Shown here piece after piece: positions 25,491-33,840 of a DNA stretch of 64,000 nucleotides. The stretch is from contig CAZHKE010000004.1 of NCBI GenBank assembly GCA_964532485.1, forward strand, positions 15,501 through 79,500, given 5' to 3'. The position numbers and the translations under genes were made by a program. The notes beneath the pieces are model-generated. The model saw nothing but the letters and a program-made list of their open reading frames with translations, was not told the origin of the DNA and searched no databases. How positions within the stretch are numbered: the first letter of the stretch is position 1; every line of letters starts with the position of its first letter. This stretch comes from an uncultured Bifidobacteriaceae bacterium. Its GTDB lineage: Bacteria; Actinomycetota; Acidimicrobiia; IMCC26256; PALSA-555.

Positions 25491-26342
25491 GTGAGCCCCG
25501 AATCGACGCGCGACTACGGCGTCATCGACGCGTGGATCCAGCCGTGGACGGTCGAGGTCGCGGGGATCCAGCCAGAGCGCAACTGGGCCCTGGTCGACCG
25601 GTACGGCGGCGATTCGCGGCTGCGCGCCGGAATTCCGATCGACGCGATGGTGGACGAGATGGACGCGGCGGGCATCGCCGTCGGCCTGTGCTCGGCCGGC
25701 CCGCTCGTACCGGTAGCGGTCGTGGAGGAGGCGGTCGCCCGCCATCCCGATCGGCTCCTCGGAGTGGGATACGCCGATCCGTTCACCACCGACGGCGTCA
25801 TGGCGGCGGTGCTCGAGCTGGGGCGCCAGGTCCGCGAGCTCGGATTCGTCGGCCTCAAGCTCGAGCCGTTCATCGGCGACCGACCGCTCACACTCCCGCA
25901 GTGGTACCCGCTGTACGCCGCCTGCTGCGATCTCGGGATCACGCTCCAGGTGCAAGTGGGCAACACCGGACCGCCGAGCTACCCGTCGGAGACGGGCCGC
26001 CCGCTCTACGTCGACCGCGTGGCCGTCGACTTCCCCGAGCTGCGCATCGTCGCGGGCCACATCGGGTGGCCCTGGACCGAGGAGATGATCGCGGTCGCTC
26101 AGAAGCACCCCAACGTCTGGATCGACACCAGCGCGCATCTGCCGAAGCACTACCCGGAGCGGTTCGTCAACTTCCTGCGAAGGTTCGGTCGCGCCAAGTG
26201 CATCTGGGCGAGCGACTGGCCGATCCTCGACTTCGAGCGTCCGCTGCAGGGCGTGGCTGACCTCGCGCTCCCGGCCGAGGTCGAGCGGGCGTTCCTGCGG
26301 GACAATGCTGTCGCCGCGTTCGCGATCCAGGGTCGCGTGTGA
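25491..26342 (+). CDS. Amidohydrolase_2 family protein
   Basis: 283 aa with a GTG start. Motifs: VIDAWIQPW, IVAGHIGWPWTEEM, WASDWP. Confidence 0.85.
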   Translation: MSPESTRDYGVIDAWIQPWTVEVAGIQPERNWALVDRYGGDSRLRAGIPIDAMVDEMDAAGIAVGLCSAGPLVPVAVVEEAVARHPDRLLGVGYADPFTTDGVMAAVLELGRQVRELGFVGLKLEPFIGDRPLTLPQWYPLYAACCDLGITLQVQVGNTGPPSYPSETGRPLYVDRVAVDFPELRIVAGHIGWPWTEEMIAVAQKHPNVWIDTSAHLPKHYPERFVNFLRRFGRAKCIWASDWPILDFERPLQGVADLALPAEVERAFLRDNAVAAFAIQGRV

Positions 26343-27505
26343 ACTTCGGGCTCGACGAGCGAGAACGTGCGTGGCGTGACGAGATCCGCGCGTTCGTCGA
26401 GGAGATCTCGGGTGGCGACGCGCTCGGCTTCCGGCGCGAGATGGCGGATCTCGAGGTCGAGCGGCACGCGCCCACCTTCTATCGAATGCTTGCCGAGCGC
26501 GGCTGGATCGGTCTGGGATGGCCCGAGCCGTACGGGCGACCGGTCACGGAGACCGAGCGGTTCGTGCTCCACGAGGAGATCGACTGCGCCGGCTTGCCCA
26601 TGTACGGCGTGGAGATCAACGAGGCCATCGGATGGATGCTGGTGCGTCACGGTTCCGACGCGTTGCGCGCCGAGCACCTGCCGCGCATCGCCCGAGGTGA
26701 CACCTGGTACGCCGGCGGGTACAGCGAGCCCGAGGCGGGGAGCGATCTTCTCGCGCTGAAGACGCGTGCGGTGCGCGACGGCAACGCGCTGCGAGTCAGC
26801 GGCTCGAAGCTCTGGACGTCGAGCGCTCACCTCGCCGACTTCGTGTTCGCGATCGTACGGACCGATCTCGACGCGCAGCGGCACCACGGCCTGTCGATCG
26901 TCCTCATCGACACGAGCCTCCCGGGCGTCGAGATCACGCCGGTCCCCGTGATGGGCGGGTGGCGGGTCAACTTGTGCTTCTTCGACGACGTGGTGGTCCC
27001 GGTCGCCAACGTCGTGGGCGAGGTCGACGAGGGCTGGTCGGTGCTGGCCGAGGCCCTCGACGTCGAGCGGGCGATGAGCTTCGGCGGCCGGGAAGGGCGC
27101 CTCTGGCTGGCACGCTTCCTGCACCGGTACGAGGGACGCGCCGACGAGCTGGGTGAGGCCCGTCTGGAGGAGCTCGGCCGGCTCGTCGCCGACCTGGAGG
27201 TCGAGCGTCTGCTGGGCCTGCGCCTGGCCGCCATCGGCGAGCGCGGTGCGATCGCGAACGCCGAGGCGTCGATGGCGAAGGTTGCGGGGTCAGAGCTCGC
27301 GCAGCGTGAGGCGCAGTGGCTGACCGACCTGCTCGCCCCCGAGACGCTGTACCAGGAGGAACGTGGCGCTGCTGCCCGCGACCAGCTCGCAGCGGACATG
27401 GAGGAGATGCTGCGCGTGGCAACGGTCTACACGGTCATCGGCGGTACCAGCGAGGTGCAGCGCAACACGATCGCGTCGCGCGGCCTCGGGCTGCCGAGGG
27501 GCTAG
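26339..27505 (+). CDS. Acyl-CoA dehydrogenase (first of an adjacent pair)
   Basis: 388 aa. GYSEPEAGSDLLALKTRA, a C-terminal GGTSEVQRNTIASRGLGLP. 4-nt overlap with the upstream gene. Confidence 0.9.
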   Translation: MNFGLDERERAWRDEIRAFVEEISGGDALGFRREMADLEVERHAPTFYRMLAERGWIGLGWPEPYGRPVTETERFVLHEEIDCAGLPMYGVEINEAIGWMLVRHGSDALRAEHLPRIARGDTWYAGGYSEPEAGSDLLALKTRAVRDGNALRVSGSKLWTSSAHLADFVFAIVRTDLDAQRHHGLSIVLIDTSLPGVEITPVPVMGGWRVNLCFFDDVVVPVANVVGEVDEGWSVLAEALDVERAMSFGGREGRLWLARFLHRYEGRADELGEARLEELGRLVADLEVERLLGLRLAAIGERGAIANAEASMAKVAGSELAQREAQWLTDLLAPETLYQEERGAAARDQLAADMEEMLRVATVYTVIGGTSEVQRNTIASRGLGLPRG

Positions 27506-27512
27506 CGGCGCG

Positions 27513-28505
27513 ATGCTCGACGAGCGTTGGGGTGAGGAAGAGGCCGAGCTCGTCGACGGCCTGCGCGCGCTGCTCACCAAGGAGTGCACGACGACGGACG
27601 TGCGAGCGGCAGAGCAGGCGGCCGACGGTCGCAGCGCTGCGCTCGAGGCGCGGCTCGAGGCGTTCGGGCTCGCGGAGCTCCCGCCGACGCCCGCGTTGCT
27701 CACGGCCGCGGCCTGGGAGCTCGGACGCGCCCTCGCGCCCGTTCCGTTCGTCGAGACTGCCGCGGTACGGGCGGTCCTCGCGATCGACGCGGCGTACGGG
27801 CTCGACGGGGTTGCACCAGCGAGCGCGGCGCACGCGGTGGTGGCCGATGCCGACGGTGTCGCGCTCGCGTCGGTCGAGGCAGCGGCGGCACGCCGCACGA
27901 CGGCGGGCGACCTCCTCGCGCCCGTGGGCAGGGCACTCGGCGAACGTCTCGGGGGGCCCGACGAGGCGGACCGCTTGCGTCGTCTTGTGCGCCTGCTCGC
28001 GTCCGCCCGCGTCGTCGGCGCCTCCGACGCGTTGCTCGCGCTCGGCGTCGAACACGTGAAGCACCGCGAGCAGTTCGGGCGTCCGGTGGGGGCGTTCCAG
28101 GCGGTCGCGCACAGGCTTGCCGATGCGGCCACGGCGGTCGACGGCACCGCGCTGCTGGTGCGCAAGACCGCGTGGGTCGCCGACGATGCGCAGCGCGGCG
28201 GGGGGGTGCCGCCACCGGTGTTCGCCACCATGGCGTGGGCCAAGGCCGTCGAGACCGGCCGGCACGTCGCGACTGCGGTGCACCAGTGCATGGGTGGCTA
28301 CGGCTTCGCGACCGAGTACGACTGCCAGCTGTTCACCCGCCGAATCCGTAGCTGGTCGATGCGGCTCGGCGATCCCGCCGCCGAGCTGGCAGAGCTCGCC
28401 CGGGTGCTGCTCGACCCGCCGCGGCGCGACGCGGTCATGCATCTCTGGCACCACGACCGGGGCGTGCCCGTCCCACGATGGTCGCGGGAGCTCGACTTGG
28501 CCTGA
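27513..28505 (+). CDS. Acyl-CoA dehydrogenase-like protein (second, shorter member of the pair; possible beta-type subunit)
   Basis: Track ORF 27363..28505 was trimmed to ATG 27513, 7 nt after the upstream stop. Motifs: REQFGRPVGAFQAVAHRLAD, HQCMGGYGFATEYDCQLFTRR. Confidence 0.8.
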   Translation: MLDERWGEEEAELVDGLRALLTKECTTTDVRAAEQAADGRSAALEARLEAFGLAELPPTPALLTAAAWELGRALAPVPFVETAAVRAVLAIDAAYGLDGVAPASAAHAVVADADGVALASVEAAAARRTTAGDLLAPVGRALGERLGGPDEADRLRRLVRLLASARVVGASDALLALGVEHVKHREQFGRPVGAFQAVAHRLADAATAVDGTALLVRKTAWVADDAQRGGGVPPPVFATMAWAKAVETGRHVATAVHQCMGGYGFATEYDCQLFTRRIRSWSMRLGDPAAELAELARVLLDPPRRDAVMHLWHHDRGVPVPRWSRELDLA

Positions 28506-28570
28506 CGGCATCCTCTTCGTCACCCTCAGCCGCGGGATCGCCGCGAGCTGTCCGCCACGCTGGCGCGGCG

Positions 28571-29824
28571 TCACGCGCTCGACGCACGTTGCCAGTCGGC
28601 CGCGGCCGCGCGCTGGTCGGGCGTGAGCTCGTCGATCTCCACGCCGAGCGTCGCGAGCTTCTCGCGGGCCACCGCGTCGTCGATCTCGGTCGGGAGCGGA
28701 TGCAGCCCCGGGCCCATCTCCGCGCCGTGGAGTGCAAGATGGCGAGCCGCCAGCACCTGGATCGAGAAGGTCAGGTCCATGATCTCGATCGGGTGCCCCT
28801 CGCCGGCCGACAGGTTCACGCACCGGCCGTCACCGACGAGCAGCACGGCGGGACCGTCCGTGAGCGCGTACTCGACCACGTGGGGCCGAACCTCCCGGAT
28901 CACGGTCGCGCCGGCGCGGAGGCCATCCACGTCGATCTCGTCGGACGGGCCGCCGGCGTTCGCGAGGACCACGCCCGGCTTGCAACGGCCGATCGCCCGC
29001 ATCGGAAGCGCCCGCCGGCAGCCCGTTGCCGTGATCACCCAGTCGGCGCGCTCGCAGGCATCGGAGACGGTCGCGATCTCGTGACCGTCATGATGGGCTT
29101 CGAGCGCTGCGACCGGGTCGACCTCGGCGACGGTGACGCGTGCGCCGAGGCCGCGAGCGACCCGTGCGAGACCGCGCCCGACCCAGCCGTAGCCCACGAT
29201 CAGCACGGCGGTGCCCGCGATCAGCAGGTTGGTCGTGTCCATGAGGGCGCTCAGCACCGACTGGCCGCTCCCGTACTTGTTGTCGAAGAGGTGCTTGCAA
29301 CGAGCGTCGTTTGCCGCGATGCACGGGACGCGAAGCGCGCCGTCGGACGCCATCGTGCGGAGCAGGCTGACCCCCGACGTCGTCTCCTCCGTCGCACCCC
29401 GTAGGTCGGCAAGTGCGTGTGAGTGCTCGAGGTGGGCGAGCCGGATGAGCTCGGCCATGTCGTCGATCACGACTTCCGGATGCCGCGCGAGCACCTCGGC
29501 GTAGTACTGCTGCTCGTCGTCCGGGGACGCGTCGCTACGAGCGAACACGGTCACGCCTCGCTCATCGAGCGCGGCCGCGACGTCATCGTTCGTCATTGCC
29601 GCGTTGCACGTGAGCACGACGTCGGCGCCGGCATCGGCGAGGACGCACGCGAGGAACGCGGTCTTGGGCTCGAGCGCGAGGACGACACCGACGAGCCGCC
29701 CGCGCAAGCTCGCGTCGTCGACGATTCGCTCGCGCACTCGTCGCAGCACCGGCGCATGTTCGGCTGCCCACTCGATGCGACGAGCACCGGGTCCGGCGAG
29801 GGTCGGATCACGGATGTCGCTCAT
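28571..29824 (-). CDS. S-adenosyl-L-homocysteine hydrolase-like protein, short (archaeal-type) form, with degenerate catalytic motifs
   Basis: 417 aa. The NAD fold GYGWVGRG and NDARCKHLFDNKYGSGQS are conserved. Other motifs have diverged: ALEPKTA (vs HLEAKTA), CNAAMTND (vs SNPGSTQD), GGPSDEID (vs GHDDREID). ATGA overlap with the upstream paralog at 29821-29824. Confidence 0.8.
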   Translation of the reverse strand: MSDIRDPTLAGPGARRIEWAAEHAPVLRRVRERIVDDASLRGRLVGVVLALEPKTAFLACVLADAGADVVLTCNAAMTNDDVAAALDERGVTVFARSDASPDDEQQYYAEVLARHPEVVIDDMAELIRLAHLEHSHALADLRGATEETTSGVSLLRTMASDGALRVPCIAANDARCKHLFDNKYGSGQSVLSALMDTTNLLIAGTAVLIVGYGWVGRGLARVARGLGARVTVAEVDPVAALEAHHDGHEIATVSDACERADWVITATGCRRALPMRAIGRCKPGVVLANAGGPSDEIDVDGLRAGATVIREVRPHVVEYALTDGPAVLLVGDGRCVNLSAGEGHPIEIMDLTFSIQVLAARHLALHGAEMGPGLHPLPTEIDDAVAREKLATLGVEIDELTPDQRAAAADWQRASSA

Positions 29825-31077
29825 CGGGTATCGACGGTCTCGTGGTCGTCGAGCTCGATGCCCAGGGTCGCAAGCTTCGTTCGCGCGATCGCGCGATCGA
29901 GATGGTCGGGCAGCGGTTGCACGCCGGCAGACAGGTCGTCGGCACCGGCGAGGTGGTGCACGGCCAGCGCCTGGACCGAGAACGACAGGTCCATGATCTC
30001 GACCGGGTGGCCGTCGGCGCCCGCGATGTTGACGAGCTGGCCCTCGCTCAGCACGTGGACGCGCCGCCCGTCGCGAAGGGTCAGCGTGGTCACCCCGGGC
30101 CGAGGCTCAGCCGATGACGTGGCTCCACGTCGGAGGGCTTCGACATCGATCTCGCGGTCGTCGTGGCCCGCATTCGCCAGCAGGACGCCGTCGGCGAGGA
30201 ACGGGAAGGCTGACGCGGGCAGCGCGTCGACGTCGCCGGTCGCGGTGATCACGAGGTCGGCGTCGGGGAGAGCATTGCGCAGACGGGCGACTCGGTGGCC
30301 CTCCATGTGGGCGACGAGCGCGCGTACCGGGTCGAGCTCGACCACAGTGACGCGCGCACCGAGCCCCTCGGCGTACTCGGCGAGGCCGCGACCGACCCAG
30401 CCGTAGCCGACCACGCACACCTCCTTGCCCCACGCGCTGGTGTTCGTGAGCCGAAGCACGGCCGCGAGCGCGGATTGGCCCGTCCCGAAGCGATTGTCGA
30501 AGAGGTGCTTGCACGAGGCGTCGTTCCCCGCGATCGCGGGGAACGGGAGACGACCGGCGGCTTCGAGGGCGCGCAGGCGGGCGACTCCGGTCGTCGTCTG
30601 CTCGGTCACGCCGCGTAGGCGTGTGACGAGGTCGGGCCGATGCTCGATCATCCGTGTCGTCAGCTCGGCACCGTCGTCGACGACGAGCTCGGGACGGGCA
30701 TCGGCCACCGCGAGCAGGTCGAGCTCGAACTCCTCCGGCGTAGCGCCGTGGATCGCGTGCACCTCGACCCCGCGGCGGACGAGGGCGGCGCACACCGAGT
30801 CCTGGGTCGATCCCGGATTGCTCCCGGCGGCGACGACGCGGGCGCCGGCCTCGGCGAGCAGAAGCGCGAGGTACGCGGTCTTTGCTTCGAGGTGCACGAC
30901 GACCGCGATGGTGCGCCCGCGCAGGGCGCCGTCGGCAAGGCGCTCGAGAGCGAGACGGTTGAGGACCGGGGAGTGGTCGGCGACCCAGTCGATGAGCTGC
31001 TCACCGCGGTCGGCGAGCGACGCGTCGGCGATTCGCGACCGATCTGTCGCGTCGTTCGCCGCGAAGCGCCCACTCAC
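29821..31077 (-). CDS. ahcY: S-adenosyl-L-homocysteine hydrolase family enzyme, short archaeal-type form (SAH or S-inosylhomocysteine hydrolase-like), motifs intact
   Basis: Track ORF 29821..31140 was trimmed to GTG 31077, which overlaps the upstream stop (GTGA). Motifs: VVHLEAKTAYL, GSNPGSTQD, EQTTTGV, NDASCKHLFDNRFGTGQS, GYGWVGRG, GHDDREID. Confidence 0.8.
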   Translation of the reverse strand: MSGRFAANDATDRSRIADASLADRGEQLIDWVADHSPVLNRLALERLADGALRGRTIAVVVHLEAKTAYLALLLAEAGARVVAAGSNPGSTQDSVCAALVRRGVEVHAIHGATPEEFELDLLAVADARPELVVDDGAELTTRMIEHRPDLVTRLRGVTEQTTTGVARLRALEAAGRLPFPAIAGNDASCKHLFDNRFGTGQSALAAVLRLTNTSAWGKEVCVVGYGWVGRGLAEYAEGLGARVTVVELDPVRALVAHMEGHRVARLRNALPDADLVITATGDVDALPASAFPFLADGVLLANAGHDDREIDVEALRRGATSSAEPRPGVTTLTLRDGRRVHVLSEGQLVNIAGADGHPVEIMDLSFSVQALAVHHLAGADDLSAGVQPLPDHLDRAIARTKLATLGIELDDHETVDTR

Positions 31078-32006
31078 GGGGACGCGGTCAAGCGGGCGAT
31101 GAGCGTCTCCACGAAGTGATCGTGGTCGAAGCCGGTGCACAGGTCGATATCGGCGGGTGCTCCGGTGGTGCCCCAGTGGTCGATCACGAGGGCGCCGCGG
31201 GTCAGCTCACCGAGGCACTCCACGTCGGCCGCGACGCGACGCCAGCTGGCATGGTCAGGTCGGAGCGCTGCAGCCATGGCCACCGGATCGGGGAGGTCCA
31301 TGGCGCCAGGGAGATGGTTCGACGACACGAACTCGAAGTAGCGGCGGGTCACGTCGGCGGCGAACTTCGCGACCGGGTCAGATGACGCGCGCAGACGATC
31401 GACATCGGCAGCGGTGACAACGGCATCGCGTCGCGAGACGTCCCAGCCGACGACGCGCAGCGGGAGTCCCGAGCGGAGCACGATCCGAGCCGCTTCCGCG
31501 TCGCACCAGAAGTTGTACTCCGCGGCGGGCGTGACGTTTCCGACTCCGTCGCCGGCGCCGCCCATGACCACGACCTGCCCGACGCGTCGGCAGGTGTCCG
31601 CGTCGACATCGATCGCGTGTGCGAGGTTGGTCAGCGGGCCGAGGGCGACGTAGGTCAGCGTCGATCCGTGTTCGCGAAAGAGCGCGAGCGTCGCGTCGAG
31701 CGCGGCATCGGGATGCTCGGCGCCGACGGGATCGAAGTCGTGGCCACCGAGGCCGTCGTGCCCGTGGACGCTCTCGGCGCGTTCGAAGCCCTCCGCAGCG
31801 AGGCTCTCGGATGCTCCGCGGTGCACCGGCACGTCGAGCCGGCCCGCGACGCTGAGCGTCTTCAGCGCGTTGCGTGTCGCCTGGTCGACGTCGACGTTGC
31901 CCGCGACGGTCGTGAGTGCGACAACTTCGGTTCCCGGGGTGCGCAGGGCCAGGAGGATCGCGACCGCGTCGTCGGCGCCCGGGTCGGTATCGACGAGCAG
32001 CTTCAC
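31074..32006 (-). CDS. Nucleoside hydrolase (inosine-uridine preferring, IUNH family), copy 1
   Basis: 310 aa. N-terminal Ca/ribose-binding motif KLLVDTDPGADDAVAILLAL, and GPLTNLA. GTG start at 32006. Confidence 0.9.
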   Translation of the reverse strand: MKLLVDTDPGADDAVAILLALRTPGTEVVALTTVAGNVDVDQATRNALKTLSVAGRLDVPVHRGASESLAAEGFERAESVHGHDGLGGHDFDPVGAEHPDAALDATLALFREHGSTLTYVALGPLTNLAHAIDVDADTCRRVGQVVVMGGAGDGVGNVTPAAEYNFWCDAEAARIVLRSGLPLRVVGWDVSRRDAVVTAADVDRLRASSDPVAKFAADVTRRYFEFVSSNHLPGAMDLPDPVAMAAALRPDHASWRRVAADVECLGELTRGALVIDHWGTTGAPADIDLCTGFDHDHFVETLIARLTASP

Positions 32007-32152
32007 GTGAGCATGCCGCCTGCCGCCTTGACCGATTGGGCCGTGATCGCGCCCGCCGCGCCGTGCGCCCCGAGCTCGAGTGCGATCGCGCGCCCCAGTC
32101 CCTGGCTCGCGCCAGTGACCGCGGCGACGAAGCCGTCGAGGTCGTGCTGCAC
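32003..32152 (-). pseudogene. 49-codon stub that looks like the N-terminal Rossmann segment of an SDR. Either a gene remnant or a tiny leader ORF.
   Basis: In-frame GTG at 32152 gives VQHDLDGFVAAVTGASQGLGRAIALELGAHGAAGAITAQSVKAAGGMLT, then stop. TGASxGxGxAxA is the SDR cofactor motif, but the ORF ends about 200 aa early. Its stop overlaps the GTG of the nucleoside hydrolase (GTGA at 32003-32006). Confidence 0.35.
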
Positions 32153-32185
32153 TGCCGGGATGCTACGGACTTGACCCCAATCATG

Positions 32186-32202
32186 CGACTCAGTAAGAGG
32201 AT
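32186..32202 (-). promoter_or_regulatory. Recurrent box, site G (ATCCTCTTACTGAGTCG on the minus strand), upstream of the nucleoside hydrolase / SAHH-like operon
   Basis: 12/17 identical to site C. Shares the ATCC prefix and the ACTGA-TCG core. It lies 33 nt before the GTG of the 49-codon stub. Confidence 0.4.
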
Positions 32203-32282
32203 TGATGCACGGGCTCCTCGTGCACTCGCGGCAGGGAGGTTGTCGACGTGGTGCTACCACCGCCGACGACCGGAGGTGATCG

Positions 32283-32801
32283 ATGAGCGATCCAGCCGGA
32301 TGGGCCGAGGCCTGGGAGGAAGCGCGGGCGAGCCTGGGCGAGGGCGGTGTGCCGATCGGTGCCGCGCTGGTCCGCACGAGCGACGGCGCGGTCCTCGCGC
32401 GCGGACGCAATCGGCGATGCCAGGCGGGCGGGCTCGCGTACCACGCCGAGATCGTCTGCCTCCACGACGCGGGGCTGTTGAAGCTCGCCGAGCTGCGCGA
32501 GACGACCCTGGTGAGCACCGCCGTCCCGTGCTGGATGTGCGCGGGCGCGGTGCTCCAGCACGGGATCCCGCGAGTCGTGGTGGGGATGGCTGCCGTCGAG
32601 GGGGAGCGACTCGGCAGCCATGAGCTCCTCGTCTCCCACGGGATCGAGGTGGTCGACCTCCAGCGGCCCGAGGTCCTCGAGGTGATGATGGAGCACTTCT
32701 CCGAGCACCCGGTCGACGGGCTCGAGGATCTCGGGACCGCGGCCGCGGGGGTCGACGTCGAAGCCATGATCGCCGAGCGCGGCGCGGAGCCGCAGCGTTG
32801 A
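32283..32801 (+). CDS. CMP/dCMP-type zinc deaminase (Fcy1 cytosine deaminase / guanine deaminase-like)
   Basis: 172 aa. GGVPIGAALV, zinc/catalytic motifs YHAEI and PCWMCAGA, HGIPRVVVG. Confidence 0.8.
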   Translation: MSDPAGWAEAWEEARASLGEGGVPIGAALVRTSDGAVLARGRNRRCQAGGLAYHAEIVCLHDAGLLKLAELRETTLVSTAVPCWMCAGAVLQHGIPRVVVGMAAVEGERLGSHELLVSHGIEVVDLQRPEVLEVMMEHFSEHPVDGLEDLGTAAAGVDVEAMIAERGAEPQR

Positions 32802-32832
32802 CCGACCTGTTCGAGGAGCTTCGCCGCTGCGA

Positions 32833-33840
32833 TCAGGGTCCCGTCGCCGCGGCGACTGCCGCAGCGACGATGCGGTCCACCGACGGGAGCGCCTGGAGCT
32901 CGGCCGCACCCTCGGGCAACGGCACCTGCGCGCACGCGACCCGCCGGGGCGGCGTGCGCAGGGTGCCCGGCTCGACCCCCTCGAGGACCCGCATGCAGAT
33001 CTCGCCCGCGGCGCCACAGCTCACGTGGTCCTCGTCGAGCACGACCAGCGCGCCGGTCTTGGCGACGGAGGCGAGGACCGCGTCGAGATCGAAGGGCTCG
33101 AGCGTGCGCGGATCGATGATCTCGGCCGACACGCCGTTGGCTGCGACCTGCTCAGCCGCCGTGACCGCGAGATCGTTCATGTGGCCGATCGCCACGATCG
33201 TGACATCGCCACCCTCGCGCCGGACCACCGCCTTGCCGAACGGGACCGGGCTGTGGTCGACCGAACCCGTCGAGAACATGAAGAGCTTGTGCGCGAGGAA
33301 CACCACGACGTCGTCGTCGCGGATCGCGGTGCGCATCAACCCGTACGCGTCCGACGCTGTCGACGGAAACGCGATCTTCAGCCCCGGGGTGTGCATCCAG
33401 TAGCCGGTCGGCACCTGGGAGTGGTTCGCGCCCACTCCCAGGTAGCCGCCGACGAGCATCTTCACGACCATCGGCACGCGGACATCGCCGGCTCCGCCGT
33501 GCATGTGGCGCCACCGCGGGGCACGCACGATCTCCTCCATCGCGACGTACGAGAAGTCTGCGATCTGGATGTCGGCGATCGGGCGCATGCCCGCCATCGC
33601 CGCGCCGAGCGCGGCGCCGACGATCGCGGTCTCGGCGAGCGGCGAGTCCCGCACGCGGCCGGGGAACTCGGTCGAGAGCCCGGCATACTGCTGGAGCAGC
33701 CCGCCGTAGGGGTCCTCCACGTTCTCGCCCCACAGCACGACGTCCTGGTCGGCGGCCATCTCGTCGCGAATGGCCGCACGGATCGCGTCGAAGAAGCCCA
33801 CCTCGGCCACGGTCACCGCGTTCTTGTCGCGTACAGCCAT
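32833..33840 (-). CDS. 2-oxoacid (pyruvate/acetoin/branched-chain) dehydrogenase E1 component, beta subunit
   Basis: 335 aa. FGRVRDSPLAETAIVGAALGAAMAGMRPIADIQIADF; transketolase-like pyrimidine-binding and C-terminal domains. Confidence 0.9.
   Translation of the reverse strand: MAVRDKNAVTVAEVGFFDAIRAAIRDEMAADQDVVLWGENVEDPYGGLLQQYAGLSTEFPGRVRDSPLAETAIVGAALGAAMAGMRPIADIQIADFSYVAMEEIVRAPRWRHMHGGAGDVRVPMVVKMLVGGYLGVGANHSQVPTGYWMHTPGLKIAFPSTASDAYGLMRTAIRDDDVVVFLAHKLFMFSTGSVDHSPVPFGKAVVRREGGDVTIVAIGHMNDLAVTAAEQVAANGVSAEIIDPRTLEPFDLDAVLASVAKTGALVVLDEDHVSCGAAGEICMRVLEGVEPGTLRTPPRRVACAQVPLPEGAAELQALPSVDRIVAAAVAAATGP

Noticed and set aside
32153-32282. A possible SAH riboswitch in the leader of the SAHH-like operon.
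   Set aside because: The minus-strand leader contains CGAGGAGCCCGUGC, which vaguely recalls the GAGGAGCGCUGC core of the SAH element. I could not find the complementary CAGGCUC / AACGGCGCUC segments or a convincing pseudoknot. A covariance-model scan (Rfam SAH riboswitch) would settle it. I expect no hit.
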